From Cyanobacteria bacterium P01_A01_bin.123 (GTDB taxonomy: Bacteria > Cyanobacteriota > Cyanobacteriia > Phormidesmidales > Phormidesmidaceae): a stretch of 64,000 bases of DNA. Numbering within the stretch: position 1 is the first letter of the stretch; each line of letters opens with the position of its first letter. Below the pieces are notes generated by a model that did not search any database, was not told the DNA's origin, and worked only from the letters and a program-made list of their open reading frames with translations. The DNA is taken from contig JBCBZT010000013.1 of NCBI GenBank assembly GCA_039815185.1, positions 32,001 through 96,000 on the forward strand. Reading direction: 5' to 3'. Shown here in pieces: positions 1 through 9,168 of the stretch. A program made the translations under genes and the position numbers.

Positions 1-1
1 A

Positions 2-2050
2 CTGCTCAAAAAGCTTGAATTACACCATTTCTTACAGCGCCTCAACAAAATCCAGGGGGCGCTAGGGGGGGAAGTTTCTACCGAAGACATCCCCATGCCA
101 TCCTCTACACCCATGGCAGACGTGGGGGGTGAAGATGTGGCCTTTTTCTCAGCTGAGGAAACAGAGCAGGCTAATTTCAACCCACCCCAGGCGGTTCAGA
201 TTCAGCCTCAAATCATCACCACTGCAGTCGAGTTACAAGCGCTGGTTGAACGCTTATCGCAGTATCGTGACCCTGCCTACCCCGTGGCTTGGGATACTGA
301 AACCACCTCGATCGAGCCCCGCGATGCTGAATTAGTCGGTATTGGCTGCTGTTGGGGAATGGGGCAAGATGACATGGCCTATATTCCCACGGGACATCAC
401 CAGGGCACACAGTTGTCTAAAGCTGTCGTGTTGGCAGCTTTGCGCCCGATTTTAGAAAGTGCCGATTACCCCAAAGCGCTACAAAATGCGAAGTTTGACC
501 GCTTGGTGCTGCGCTGTCAGGGGATTCAGCTAGCGGGGGTGGTGTTTGACTCGATGCTCGCCAGCTATGTGCTCAATCCTGAATCTACCCATAACCTGAC
601 CGATCTATCGTTGAAATACCTCAACCTCACGGCTCAGAGCTACACCGATCTGGTGCCCAAAGGCAAAACTATTGCCGACATTGACATTGACGCAGTGGCA
701 ACCTACTGCGGTGCAGATGTGTTCACCACATTTCAGCTAGTGCCCATTTTGCAGCACGAGTTAGATCAAAAGGATGCTGCTGCGATCCTATTCAAAACCT
801 TAGAAGTGCCCCTAGAACCCGTGTTAGCTGAGATGGAGTTCCAGGGCATTCGGATTGACCGAGACTACCTGGGAAAATTTTCCACTCAGCTGGAGACCGA
901 CCTCGACGAAATTGAGCAAACAGCTTATCGCGACGCGGGGGAAACCTTTAATCTGGGTTCACCCAAGCAGCTGAGTGAATTGTTGTTCAACAAGCTGGGG
1001 TTAGACAAGCGCAAGTCTCGGCGCAACAAATCTGGGGGGTATTCCACTGATGCCTCTACCCTAGAAAAGCTCCAGGGCGACCACCCCGTCGTGGATTTGA
1101 TTGTCAAACACCGTACCCTATCGAAGCTGAAATCGACCTACGTCGATGCATTGCCCAATCTGGTGCGCTCCGATACCCAGCGGGTTCATACCGACTTTAA
1201 CCAGGCGGTCACGGCCACGGGACGACTGTCCTCGTCCAATCCCAACCTGCAAAATATTCCCATTCGCACTGAGTTTAGTCGCCGAATTCGCTCGGCATTT
1301 GTGCCAGAGCCGGGCTGGCTGCTGGTCTCTGCGGACTATTCTCAAATTGAACTGCGGATTTTAGCTCACCTGAGCGATGAACCTGTGCTGGTGAGCGCTT
1401 ACAAAAACAATCAAGATGTGCATACCTTGACGGCGCAACTGCTGTTTGAAAAAGATGAGATTTCTGCCGAAGAACGACGCCTGGGCAAGGTGATTAACTT
1501 CGGCATTATCTATGGCATGGGGGCTAGTCGGTTCGCCCGAGAAGCCAATGTCAACCGTACGGAAGCGAAGACCTTTATCGACCGCTTTAATGACAGCTAT
1601 CCCAATGTGTTTGAATACTTGCAGCAGATGCAGCGGGAAGCGATCGCGTATGGCTATGTCCACACCTTGATGGGTCGCCGCCGCTATTTTAACTTCACTA
1701 GCAACAGTCTGCGGGGGCTCAAAGGTAGCGATCCTAATACCCTTGATTTGGGCAAGCTGCGTCCTGGCGGGTACGATGCCGGTTCTCTGAGGGCAGCCGC
1801 CAACGCCCCAATTCAAGGGTCCAACGCCGACATTATTAAAGTCGCGATGATTCGGCTCCACGAACTGCTGAAAGATTACCAAGCGCGATTACTGTTGCAA
1901 GTCCATGACGAATTGGTGTTTGAAGTCCCTCCAGATGAATGGGAAGTGCTAGAAAGCAAAATTAAAACCACGATGGAATCGGCAGCGGAATTGAAGGTGC
2001 CTTTGGTGGTTGAAGCGGCGGCTGGGCCAAACTGGATGGAAGCAAAATAG
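2..2050 (+). CDS. polA: DNA polymerase I, 5' partial (3'-5' exonuclease and polymerase domains)
   Basis: Frame is open from position 2 (LLKKLELHHF...). Motifs: WDTETT exo, TATGRLSSSNPNLQNIP, ADYSQIELRILAH, NAPIQGS, QVHDELVFE. Confidence 0.97.
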   Translation: MLKKLELHHFLQRLNKIQGALGGEVSTEDIPMPSSTPMADVGGEDVAFFSAEETEQANFNPPQAVQIQPQIITTAVELQALVERLSQYRDPAYPVAWDTETTSIEPRDAELVGIGCCWGMGQDDMAYIPTGHHQGTQLSKAVVLAALRPILESADYPKALQNAKFDRLVLRCQGIQLAGVVFDSMLASYVLNPESTHNLTDLSLKYLNLTAQSYTDLVPKGKTIADIDIDAVATYCGADVFTTFQLVPILQHELDQKDAAAILFKTLEVPLEPVLAEMEFQGIRIDRDYLGKFSTQLETDLDEIEQTAYRDAGETFNLGSPKQLSELLFNKLGLDKRKSRRNKSGGYSTDASTLEKLQGDHPVVDLIVKHRTLSKLKSTYVDALPNLVRSDTQRVHTDFNQAVTATGRLSSSNPNLQNIPIRTEFSRRIRSAFVPEPGWLLVSADYSQIELRILAHLSDEPVLVSAYKNNQDVHTLTAQLLFEKDEISAEERRLGKVINFGIIYGMGASRFAREANVNRTEAKTFIDRFNDSYPNVFEYLQQMQREAIAYGYVHTLMGRRRYFNFTSNSLRGLKGSDPNTLDLGKLRPGGYDAGSLRAAANAPIQGSNADIIKVAMIRLHELLKDYQARLLLQVHDELVFEVPPDEWEVLESKIKTTMESAAELKVPLVVEAAAGPNWMEAK

Positions 2051-2066
2051 GTGGGTGGGCGCGATC

Positions 2067-2666
2067 TTAGGCTAGCTTTTCGCCACTGAGAATAAAGACT
2101 GGATCGATGGCGGTAAAAACCTGGTGGTTGCCGCGAGATTCCAGGCGATTGACTGCGGGTTGAGCCGCTTCGATATTCCGTACGTGGAGCTTGGCAAAAC
2201 TTTCAGAAGCGACATAGAGAGCTTCAAAGTTGCCAGCGGTGACCACAAATCGCCCCCCTGGCTGAAGATACTGCCAAGCTTCTAAAATTGTTTCCCTAAG
2301 GGGGCGTCCGCCTTCCACAAAAATGCAGTCGGGGGTTTTGGGTAAATCAGCCAAGCAATCCGGAGCATTACCTTCAATCACGTCAACATTGCTCACCCCA
2401 AAGCGATCGCAGTTGCGGCGAATCAAACTAGCAACTTCTTCATCCCGCTCTACCCCAATAACTCGCCCTGCTGGACACAGCAAAGCCGCTTCTACCACAA
2501 CGGTGCCTGTCCCTGCTCCGATATCCCACAGTACAGAGTCGGCCTTGAGTCGCAGATACCCCATCAGCAACAGGCGCATTTCTCGCTTGCTGATGGGTAT
2601 GCCCGGCAATTGCTCAAACAGATGATCCGGAATGCCAGGCGTAACGTAGGGCCAAAGGGAAGACAT
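2067..2666 (-). CDS. cbiT: Precorrin-6Y C5,15-methyltransferase (decarboxylating) subunit CbiT
   Basis: WPYVTPGIPD N-terminus typical of cyanobacterial CbiT; SAM motif LWDIGAGTG. Confidence 0.9.
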   Translation of the reverse strand: MSSLWPYVTPGIPDHLFEQLPGIPISKREMRLLLMGYLRLKADSVLWDIGAGTGTVVVEAALLCPAGRVIGVERDEEVASLIRRNCDRFGVSNVDVIEGNAPDCLADLPKTPDCIFVEGGRPLRETILEAWQYLQPGGRFVVTAGNFEALYVASESFAKLHVRNIEAAQPAVNRLESRGNHQVFTAIDPVFILSGEKLA

Positions 2667-2751
2667 GGAATCGCAGTTAGGTTTCCTGCTAAGAACATGT
2701 TTAGCTTATCGCTTCAGTGGAGTAGTAGTGGGGAAGGATGTGATGCGGAAA

Positions 2752-2775
2752 GGAGATGGGAAGATGGGGAGATGG
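2752..2775. repeat. Short tandem 8-mer repeat (GGAGATGG-type, STRR-like)
   Basis: GGAGATGG GAAGATGG GGAGATGG in an intergenic region. Confidence 0.6.
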
Positions 2776-2870
2776 GGGGAGCAACTTCCTGGAGGTCAGG
2801 AGTGATGGAACTGTCAGAGGAGATTGCTATAGTGGGCAAATGCAACGGGTTGAGTTGGAGGTGGTTGGAG

Positions 2871-2996
2871 ATGAGCGATCGCGAACCGAGAAAAACGAAA
2901 ACGAATGTTGTCAGTGTCGATGCGGCTACGTTGACGGCGGCACTTGTGTTGCTGCTCTTGGTGCCGTTGTTGGTGTCGGGCTTTTGGTTCCAGTAG
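2871..2996 (+). CDS. Small (41 aa) single-pass membrane protein
   Basis: GGAGGT Shine-Dalgarno before ATG 2871; MSDREPRKTKTNVVSVDAATLTAALVLLLLVPLLVSGFWFQ has a basic N-terminus and one hydrophobic helix. Confidence 0.6.
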   Translation: MSDREPRKTKTNVVSVDAATLTAALVLLLLVPLLVSGFWFQ

Positions 2997-3013
2997 AGGT
3001 TGGCGATCGTGCG

Positions 3014-3670
3014 TCACACACTGATGCCAAAATCCAACAGTCGCGGATCCGTAAAATCTTCAATGACAAGCTTGACCCCTAGCTCGTAGAGCGCTTCTGG
3101 GCTATGGGTTGTCGCCATGCCAATAGTGGGAATCCCAGCTGCGATCGCAGCCTTGACCCCAGACGATGAATCTTCAAACACGACTGCCGCCTCAGGTGCA
3201 ATCTTTAACCGCTTAAGTGCTTCTTGGTAGGGCATTGGATCAGGTTTGGCACGGGGTAACTCTTCGCCAATGATCACCGTTTCAAAGGTCTCCCACAGAT
3301 CCAGCGTTTTGAGCATAAATTCGGCATTAGTGCGCGGGGCATTGGTCACCACAGCCTGTTTTAACCCCTGCTGATCAATCCACGCCAGCAGTTGATCCAA
3401 CCCAGGCAACCGATGGAGCTGATCAGCCGCAACGACTCGAAAAGCGGCTTCTTTGTCGACGCTAAACTTTTCTCCTTCAGCAGCGGAGAGTTGAGGCAGC
3501 AGCGCTTTGACGATGTCGGGGTTAAACCCGCCGCTAATATGGCGTTGATAGAATGCTAGATCAATCTCGTCGTAGCCGTAATCTTTCAAAAACGTTTGCC
3601 ACAGCCCAAAGTGGATGGGGTCGGTGTTGGCTAAAGTGCCGTCTAAATCGAAAAGGATAGCTTGGAGCAT
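3014..3670 (-). CDS. HAD-IA family phosphatase/hydrolase
   Basis: FDLDGTL motif I, VTNA, KPDP, FEDS. Confidence 0.92.
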   Translation of the reverse strand: MLQAILFDLDGTLANTDPIHFGLWQTFLKDYGYDEIDLAFYQRHISGGFNPDIVKALLPQLSAAEGEKFSVDKEAAFRVVAADQLHRLPGLDQLLAWIDQQGLKQAVVTNAPRTNAEFMLKTLDLWETFETVIIGEELPRAKPDPMPYQEALKRLKIAPEAAVVFEDSSSGVKAAIAAGIPTIGMATTHSPEALYELGVKLVIEDFTDPRLLDFGISV

Positions 3671-3880
3671 TGCTTCAGGTTATAGGCTAGGGGCAAAACA
3701 ACCTCCACCAATCTACCCGATAACCTTATAACTTCCGCTCCATTGCCGGAACGCCATTCAATTTCTCATTGGTCTGCTTAAATCCTTGACGGGTGTAGAT
3801 TCCGGTTAAGGTCGGCTGGTTCATGTCTGAGGATTTGGGCTTTACTCCCAGCTTACTGGTGCTGTAACCTTGCTTTTTAC

Positions 3881-4390
3881 CTAACGCGCAGCCTTTAACC
3901 CCAGTCGATCCGCTTCCTGTTCCAAAGCGGGATCATCATTGACTGGAACCCCATTCACCTCGGTTGTGGGCTTCACTCGCCCCTGTCGCTGCTGCAACAC
4001 ATGGGCTAGCTCATGGCCCAACAGCGCCTGCCCAGACGGGGTCTCAGGCTTAAACTGGCCTGGGGCAAAGTGAATATGATTTTGCTGGGTATAGGCTAAG
4101 GCACCCACCGATGGTGCTTCAGAGCCCTCATGAACCTTGACATCTGCGAAATCGGCGTTGAACGCACTTTCCATTTTGGTGCGCACCCCATCAGGGAGAT
4201 GCTTGCCGCTACGCTTGGACTGGATTGGAACCTGGGTTAGATCACGGGAATGGGTTGGGATTGAACGCGGCTTGCGCTGAGTAGTTTGGCTTTCAACTCT
4301 ATTGACAGCAGCATGATTAAACAAGCGATCGCCCAATTGTGGAGAGCGATGCTGTGGCAGCTTAGCGTGACGGCGGAACGTGCGAGGCAT
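3881..4390 (-). CDS. DUF4157 domain protein (eCIS-associated, HExxH)
   Basis: [23 protein letters not shown]...GALAYTQ..HIHFAPG...[17 protein letters not shown]...LEQEAD. Confidence 0.9.
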   Translation of the reverse strand: MPRTFRRHAKLPQHRSPQLGDRLFNHAAVNRVESQTTQRKPRSIPTHSRDLTQVPIQSKRSGKHLPDGVRTKMESAFNADFADVKVHEGSEAPSVGALAYTQQNHIHFAPGQFKPETPSGQALLGHELAHVLQQRQGRVKPTTEVNGVPVNDDPALEQEADRLGLKAAR

Positions 4391-4409
4391 GACTCTTTCC
4401 GTGAATCAA

Positions 4410-5390
4410 TTAAACAAACGCAAATACAAAGTCTAGCTTTTCAAACTTTTCAAGGGCTGATTGAGCCAATTGGACTCTCTTCCGATAAGCCTTGCTCTTG
4501 TCTATATTGGTTTTGGGATTGGCCTGGGACTTAGCGTAATCTTTAACGGCGTCCTTTGCCTTGTTGGCATAGCCCTTGATTTTGTCCCACATCTTTTGTT
4601 TTTCCTTGCCATCATCACTGAGGAGCAGCTCTGTTTGCGCCCAAAGTTCTTTGTCTTGGTAAGCGGCTTTGAAGTATGTCCCATATTCAAAAAACTTCTG
4701 CAAAACCTTACTCACGCTAGTGATCGTTTTGAGAATCTGACTCGGTTCAACGATGGAGGTCCAACCTAGAATTTCATTCCCCCACCCCCAGGCTTCGTTG
4801 GCAATCCGCTCTGCTTTTTTCACGAGGTTCTTGCCGTACTTTTTAATCTTCATAGCCCGCTTGGCAAACCCCATGATGATGTCTTTGAGCCCCTTCATTT
4901 TTTCCCAAAGTTCCAAAAACCACTTTTTGATTCTCTTGGTAATGGATTCTTTTTCTTTTTGATCCTCGTCAATCAGTGAGGCATTTTCATCGTAGACAAT
5001 CTCAATGTCGTCCTCCTCTTCCTCCTCTTCCTCCTCATCCTCCTCGATGTAACCGTCTGGATTCAGGGGAGTCATATCGAAAGCCTGAATCACAGCGCCC
5101 CGGCGATTAGACATTAACTGGGCAAGGGGCTGTGGCATTGACCCAGCCATCATTAAAGGCATTTGGCTCAAGTCTTGATGGGCAACGAATTGTTCAAAAT
5201 TTGGGCGATCCTGGCTTGCCTGCAATGCGGTTGCCGATCCCTGCGAGGCTGCTGTCACAGTCGTGGTGCTGGCCGTTCGATCTGGGGAGTTTGGGCGTCT
5301 AATAGCTGAATGATGGCGTGGCAAGACTTCTCCTATTTCCCGCTTTTGCCGCTTATCTTGACGTTGCAGCAGACTCGCATAACCAGACAT
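4410..5390 (-). CDS. Hypothetical protein, candidate eCIS cargo/effector
   Basis: Low-complexity N-terminus ending in AVIQA, poly-Glu tract, Lys-rich helical C-terminus; lies between the AAA ATPase and DUF4157 genes. Confidence 0.7.
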   Translation of the reverse strand: MSGYASLLQRQDKRQKREIGEVLPRHHSAIRRPNSPDRTASTTTVTAASQGSATALQASQDRPNFEQFVAHQDLSQMPLMMAGSMPQPLAQLMSNRRGAVIQAFDMTPLNPDGYIEEDEEEEEEEEDDIEIVYDENASLIDEDQKEKESITKRIKKWFLELWEKMKGLKDIIMGFAKRAMKIKKYGKNLVKKAERIANEAWGWGNEILGWTSIVEPSQILKTITSVSKVLQKFFEYGTYFKAAYQDKELWAQTELLLSDDGKEKQKMWDKIKGYANKAKDAVKDYAKSQANPKTNIDKSKAYRKRVQLAQSALEKFEKLDFVFAFV

Positions 5391-5538
5391 CGCTTTTTAT
5401 CCCTTTGCGAACAAGTTTCTGACTAGGCCCCAAGCTTGGGAACTTAACGAAGAATCGTGGCTACCGGCTATCCGTAAACTGAGATATGTGCACTATTCTA
5501 CTGACTGTCAAGCGCTTATGGGGAGATTTGTAGATCCA

Positions 5539-7584
5539 TTACTCTATTTTTCCCACGAATGTCTCATCCTGACCATAGGTGAAATCTGGTTCGTAGATCG
5601 GTCGCTCCAGCTTCCGCAACTCGGCTCGGGTAGACTGCAAAACATGGGACATCTCAACCTGTTGGTGTTGACTCGCGGCTAAAAATGCTGCGTTGATTGC
5701 AATCGTGTGAATACTGCCCCCCGCTATATTGATTCGACCGAGATGCTCATAATCCAATTCGCCCAGTGGCATTTCTTTGGGGAAGGCTTTTTGCCAGAGT
5801 TGCTGGCGGTTGGTAGCAGAGGGAAAGGGAAAATCGATAATAAATCGCAAGCGGCGTAGGAAAGCCGTATCAATCGAACTTTTGAAGTTGGTCGCCAGCA
5901 CAGCTAAGCCCCGGTAAGACTCAATCCGCTGTAAAAGGTAGTTCACTTCGATATTGGCATATCGATCGTGGCTGTCTTTAATTTCAGATCGTTTACCAAA
6001 GAGGGAATCGGCCTCATCAAAGAACAAAATGGCCCCACCATCTTCTGCGGCATCAAACAGGCGACGGAGGTTTTTTTCAGTTTCGCCAATGTATTTGCTA
6101 ACTACAGAAGAGAGATCAATGCGATAGAGGTTGAGGTTGAGATCGTTGGCAATCACCTCGGCTGCCATGGTCTTACCTGTTCCACTGGCCCCAGAGAACA
6201 GGGCATTGACCCCTAACCCCCGATTCATCCGTCGTCGAAAGCCCCAGTCATCGTAAACCTGGCTGCGCTGGTGAACCTGATTGGCGATTTGATGCAATAA
6301 CCCCAATTGCTCATCTGGCAGGACTAGATCGTCCCAGGTGGCCTTGGTATCGAGGCGTTGGGCTAACGCATCAAGCTGGGGACGGGTGCGTACTAGGCAG
6401 GCATCCCACAGCCGCGCTTGCAGGGTGCCCTCGCCTTGGGTATCTTGTGTGCCGAGGGCGACTTGCCAAATTTCATCGAGATTCAAACTAAACTGGCTAG
6501 CGAGCGTTGCCGGAACTCGGTCTGCTTGATCGCCGAGGGCTTGTTCCCAGGCATCCCGTTGCTCGGTCGGGGTCGGTTTGACCACATCTAGTGTAATAGT
6601 AGAGCGCTCTAGGGCCAGACGCTGCTCTTTCGCATCCAGGAAAAACAGACCGTCACACTCAGCTAAAAATCGACGTAGGGCGGCACTGGTGCCGGTTGTC
6701 CCAGTTTCGGAACTTGTCCCTGCGATCGCTTGGGCATCTAAATAGAGTGCCACCGGAAAGAGGCGAATCTCCCGTTGCCAAAGTCGTGAGAAGGTTTCAA
6801 GCTCGGCAGCTTGGGTGGGGAGCAAATCGACGGAGAGCCGATAAACGGACATGCCAAAAGCAGCCGCGACGCGGCCTGCAATCCGCTGCTTACTCAATGA
6901 GTCAGGTCCCAAGAGCTGCAAAATGGGAAGCCTTTGAAATTGTTGAGTGCCATCTAAATAGCGAATAATGTCTTCAACAATGCGCTGCTGCGAAGGGGCG
7001 AGGGCGATTGGTGAGTCAACTTTAATACCAGTTTCATTGAGCGGAAAAAGCAATGCAGACAGGCGATCATCTAGATAATTCATGCCTTTGAGGTAATTTA
7101 CCACCCGCTCGTCTGCCCGCAGCGGACTAACCGTTAAGGGCTCTACCCCGCCCTGTAAGATTTCGATCAGTCGCCAGTGACGCAGGGGCCGATGGGGAGA
7201 CACCACGTCCCAAACGGGATCCTTAAAAATTGACAGGGCCAGTGTGAATGTGGGAAAAGGACGGGCGGGGTTATCCTGGGCCTTGGCGCAGAGGCTCAAA
7301 ATTTGCTCATCCCATTCCCCAGCCGCACAGAGCATCAGCAAGTTTTGTTCAAATCGGGTCAAGCCGAGGGTTTCGCGGAGAGTGACGATGGCTGGGGGTG
7401 GATCACGCTGTTCAATTGCCAACATGGCTTTTTGAGCCCGGGTCACAGTGGTCGCTTTCACAGTTGAGTCCGGGGTAGCTTTTTCTAAGCAGAGTCGCAA
7501 CCATTTCAATGCCAGGGCTAGATACTCTGCATTGGCATCATCTTTCAGGGTGTTTGACTCTTCTGGCGGGTCTGATGAGGTCAT
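5539..7584 (-). CDS. AAA+ ATPase of the Afp15/Pvc15 (eCIS) type
   Basis: GASGTGKT Walker A, IDLSSVVSKYIGETEKNL, FFDEADSLFGKRSEIKDSHDRYAN; N-terminal PLRHWRLIE and ADERVVNYL segments. Confidence 0.9.
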   Translation of the reverse strand: MTSSDPPEESNTLKDDANAEYLALALKWLRLCLEKATPDSTVKATTVTRAQKAMLAIEQRDPPPAIVTLRETLGLTRFEQNLLMLCAAGEWDEQILSLCAKAQDNPARPFPTFTLALSIFKDPVWDVVSPHRPLRHWRLIEILQGGVEPLTVSPLRADERVVNYLKGMNYLDDRLSALLFPLNETGIKVDSPIALAPSQQRIVEDIIRYLDGTQQFQRLPILQLLGPDSLSKQRIAGRVAAAFGMSVYRLSVDLLPTQAAELETFSRLWQREIRLFPVALYLDAQAIAGTSSETGTTGTSAALRRFLAECDGLFFLDAKEQRLALERSTITLDVVKPTPTEQRDAWEQALGDQADRVPATLASQFSLNLDEIWQVALGTQDTQGEGTLQARLWDACLVRTRPQLDALAQRLDTKATWDDLVLPDEQLGLLHQIANQVHQRSQVYDDWGFRRRMNRGLGVNALFSGASGTGKTMAAEVIANDLNLNLYRIDLSSVVSKYIGETEKNLRRLFDAAEDGGAILFFDEADSLFGKRSEIKDSHDRYANIEVNYLLQRIESYRGLAVLATNFKSSIDTAFLRRLRFIIDFPFPSATNRQQLWQKAFPKEMPLGELDYEHLGRINIAGGSIHTIAINAAFLAASQHQQVEMSHVLQSTRAELRKLERPIYEPDFTYGQDETFVGKIE

Positions 7585-8801
7585 GCCAAAATCCTCACTG
7601 TATGGCTTTCAAGAAACTGCGGCGGACGGCTGGAAAAGTCGATAGGAACACTGTCTGCACCATTCACCCGGAGCCGAACCACGTAGGTGCCTGGATGAAC
7701 ATTTTTGATCTGAAAGCGGAGCGTATCAGTTGCTTCTGAGAAGGGCAGGACGGGCATACCGCGATCGCCAAACAATAAAATTACCTGACTCTCTGGGCTG
7801 ACCAACGGGAAACAGGTAATCGTTAGGACGAAGTTTCTCTGCGTTGTCTCTTGGGGATCAAGGGTCAGGAGTTGGGGAGCCAAGGTCACGGGCAAACGAT
7901 TCGTCGTCATCGTGTAGTTAGCCCGCTCGATTGCCAGGGCTAGTTCGTAGCGACCCGCCATTGCTGGCGCAATATTGCTAGTAGGGTCTGGCAGGTGAAA
8001 GGAGAGTTCTCCGGTTGATTGCACTGGCAATACGTCAAGATCCCAGGGCTCTGCTAGGCGTGGATGGGTGAGGCGCACGCGTAGTCGATCACCATTGAAG
8101 TTTTGCCCCCGAATCATCACGCGATCGCCAAATTCAGCACTATTTTTATGGTGGGGTAACTCAATCTCGTGGAGCTTAGGCTCACCATGGGCACGAACGA
8201 TCGCTCGGCCATTGCCACCGGCCCGAGACAGTACCGGGGGGGCGAGCTGAATCGGCTCCTGACTATCTAACAAAACTACGGATACTTTATAGGCAACCGA
8301 GGGACGATACTCGGCTTGCAGCAACCGCCAGACTTGTGTCATGTCTTCAAAAGCCAGATTCAGCGGAGCAATGCGAATTTGTTCAACTTGCTGATGCAGA
8401 TTGCTTGTGCTTAATTCTCCCTGGGTTACGGCCTGAATCTCTTCTGCATTGAGTAACGAATGATCGTGGAGCACGTTGAGCACGCGCCCGAGTAGGCGAT
8501 GGCTGGCGATTTCTTGATCACCCTGACCATAGGCGGCGATTAAATAGTGAAGATCTAGGGCCAACGGGGGCTTGAAGGTCGCCCCTCGCCGAGCATGGGG
8601 CGTTTTGGATTGACCTTGTCGGGCTGGATTAGGCTCTGCGTGGTAGAGGCAAAGATTAATTTGGTTGCCCTCTTGAGTATCGCGGGCGCGCTCAAGCGAT
8701 TTTGTGGTGATGGTGCCATTACCGAGCTCTTCGCGAATGCCCGCAAAAATAATGTTTTTCAGGGTGGCGGTGACGGTTGCGATCGCGAGTGAGTTACTCA
8801 T
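7581..8801 (-). CDS. DUF4255 (Afp16/Pvc16-like) protein with C-terminal Ig/IPT-like region
   Basis: MSNSLAIATVTATL, INLCLYH, PPLALDLHYLI, YRPSVAYKVSVV; 4-bp overlap with the ATPase gene. Confidence 0.88.
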   Translation of the reverse strand: MSNSLAIATVTATLKNIIFAGIREELGNGTITTKSLERARDTQEGNQINLCLYHAEPNPARQGQSKTPHARRGATFKPPLALDLHYLIAAYGQGDQEIASHRLLGRVLNVLHDHSLLNAEEIQAVTQGELSTSNLHQQVEQIRIAPLNLAFEDMTQVWRLLQAEYRPSVAYKVSVVLLDSQEPIQLAPPVLSRAGGNGRAIVRAHGEPKLHEIELPHHKNSAEFGDRVMIRGQNFNGDRLRVRLTHPRLAEPWDLDVLPVQSTGELSFHLPDPTSNIAPAMAGRYELALAIERANYTMTTNRLPVTLAPQLLTLDPQETTQRNFVLTITCFPLVSPESQVILLFGDRGMPVLPFSEATDTLRFQIKNVHPGTYVVRLRVNGADSVPIDFSSRPPQFLESHTVRILA

Positions 8802-9168
8802 GTTAATTTCCCATTAAGGAAACATGCACCAAGCGTTAGCGACCCAAATGCTAGATAGGGCGACTCAATTAAATAGGGTCACTAACGTCATGCGGTGCTT
8901 GCATCTAGAACAGCTTGCAGATAACGAATAGATGACGGTAATCCTATTGATATTGCTTTTTCAAAGTCAATACGTGAATATACGTGTTCAAGCTGGAGCA
9001 TTTATAGTGCACGAAGCTTTGTGGCTACCGCTGCCATAGCAGCCCGATGGAATTATCGGATCGCAATCAGCTCTCTTAAAGCAACCTTATCCATATCCAT
9101 GCAGGCGCTTGACCCCAAAGCGCCACACTGTGTTGCACATAAGCGATGGTCTAATTGAACGTTGTGTT

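Noticed and set aside
2610..2870. N-terminal part of the 128-aa ORF 2610-2996
   Set aside because: It overlaps cbiT and runs through an 8-mer repeat; the RBS supports a start at 2871.
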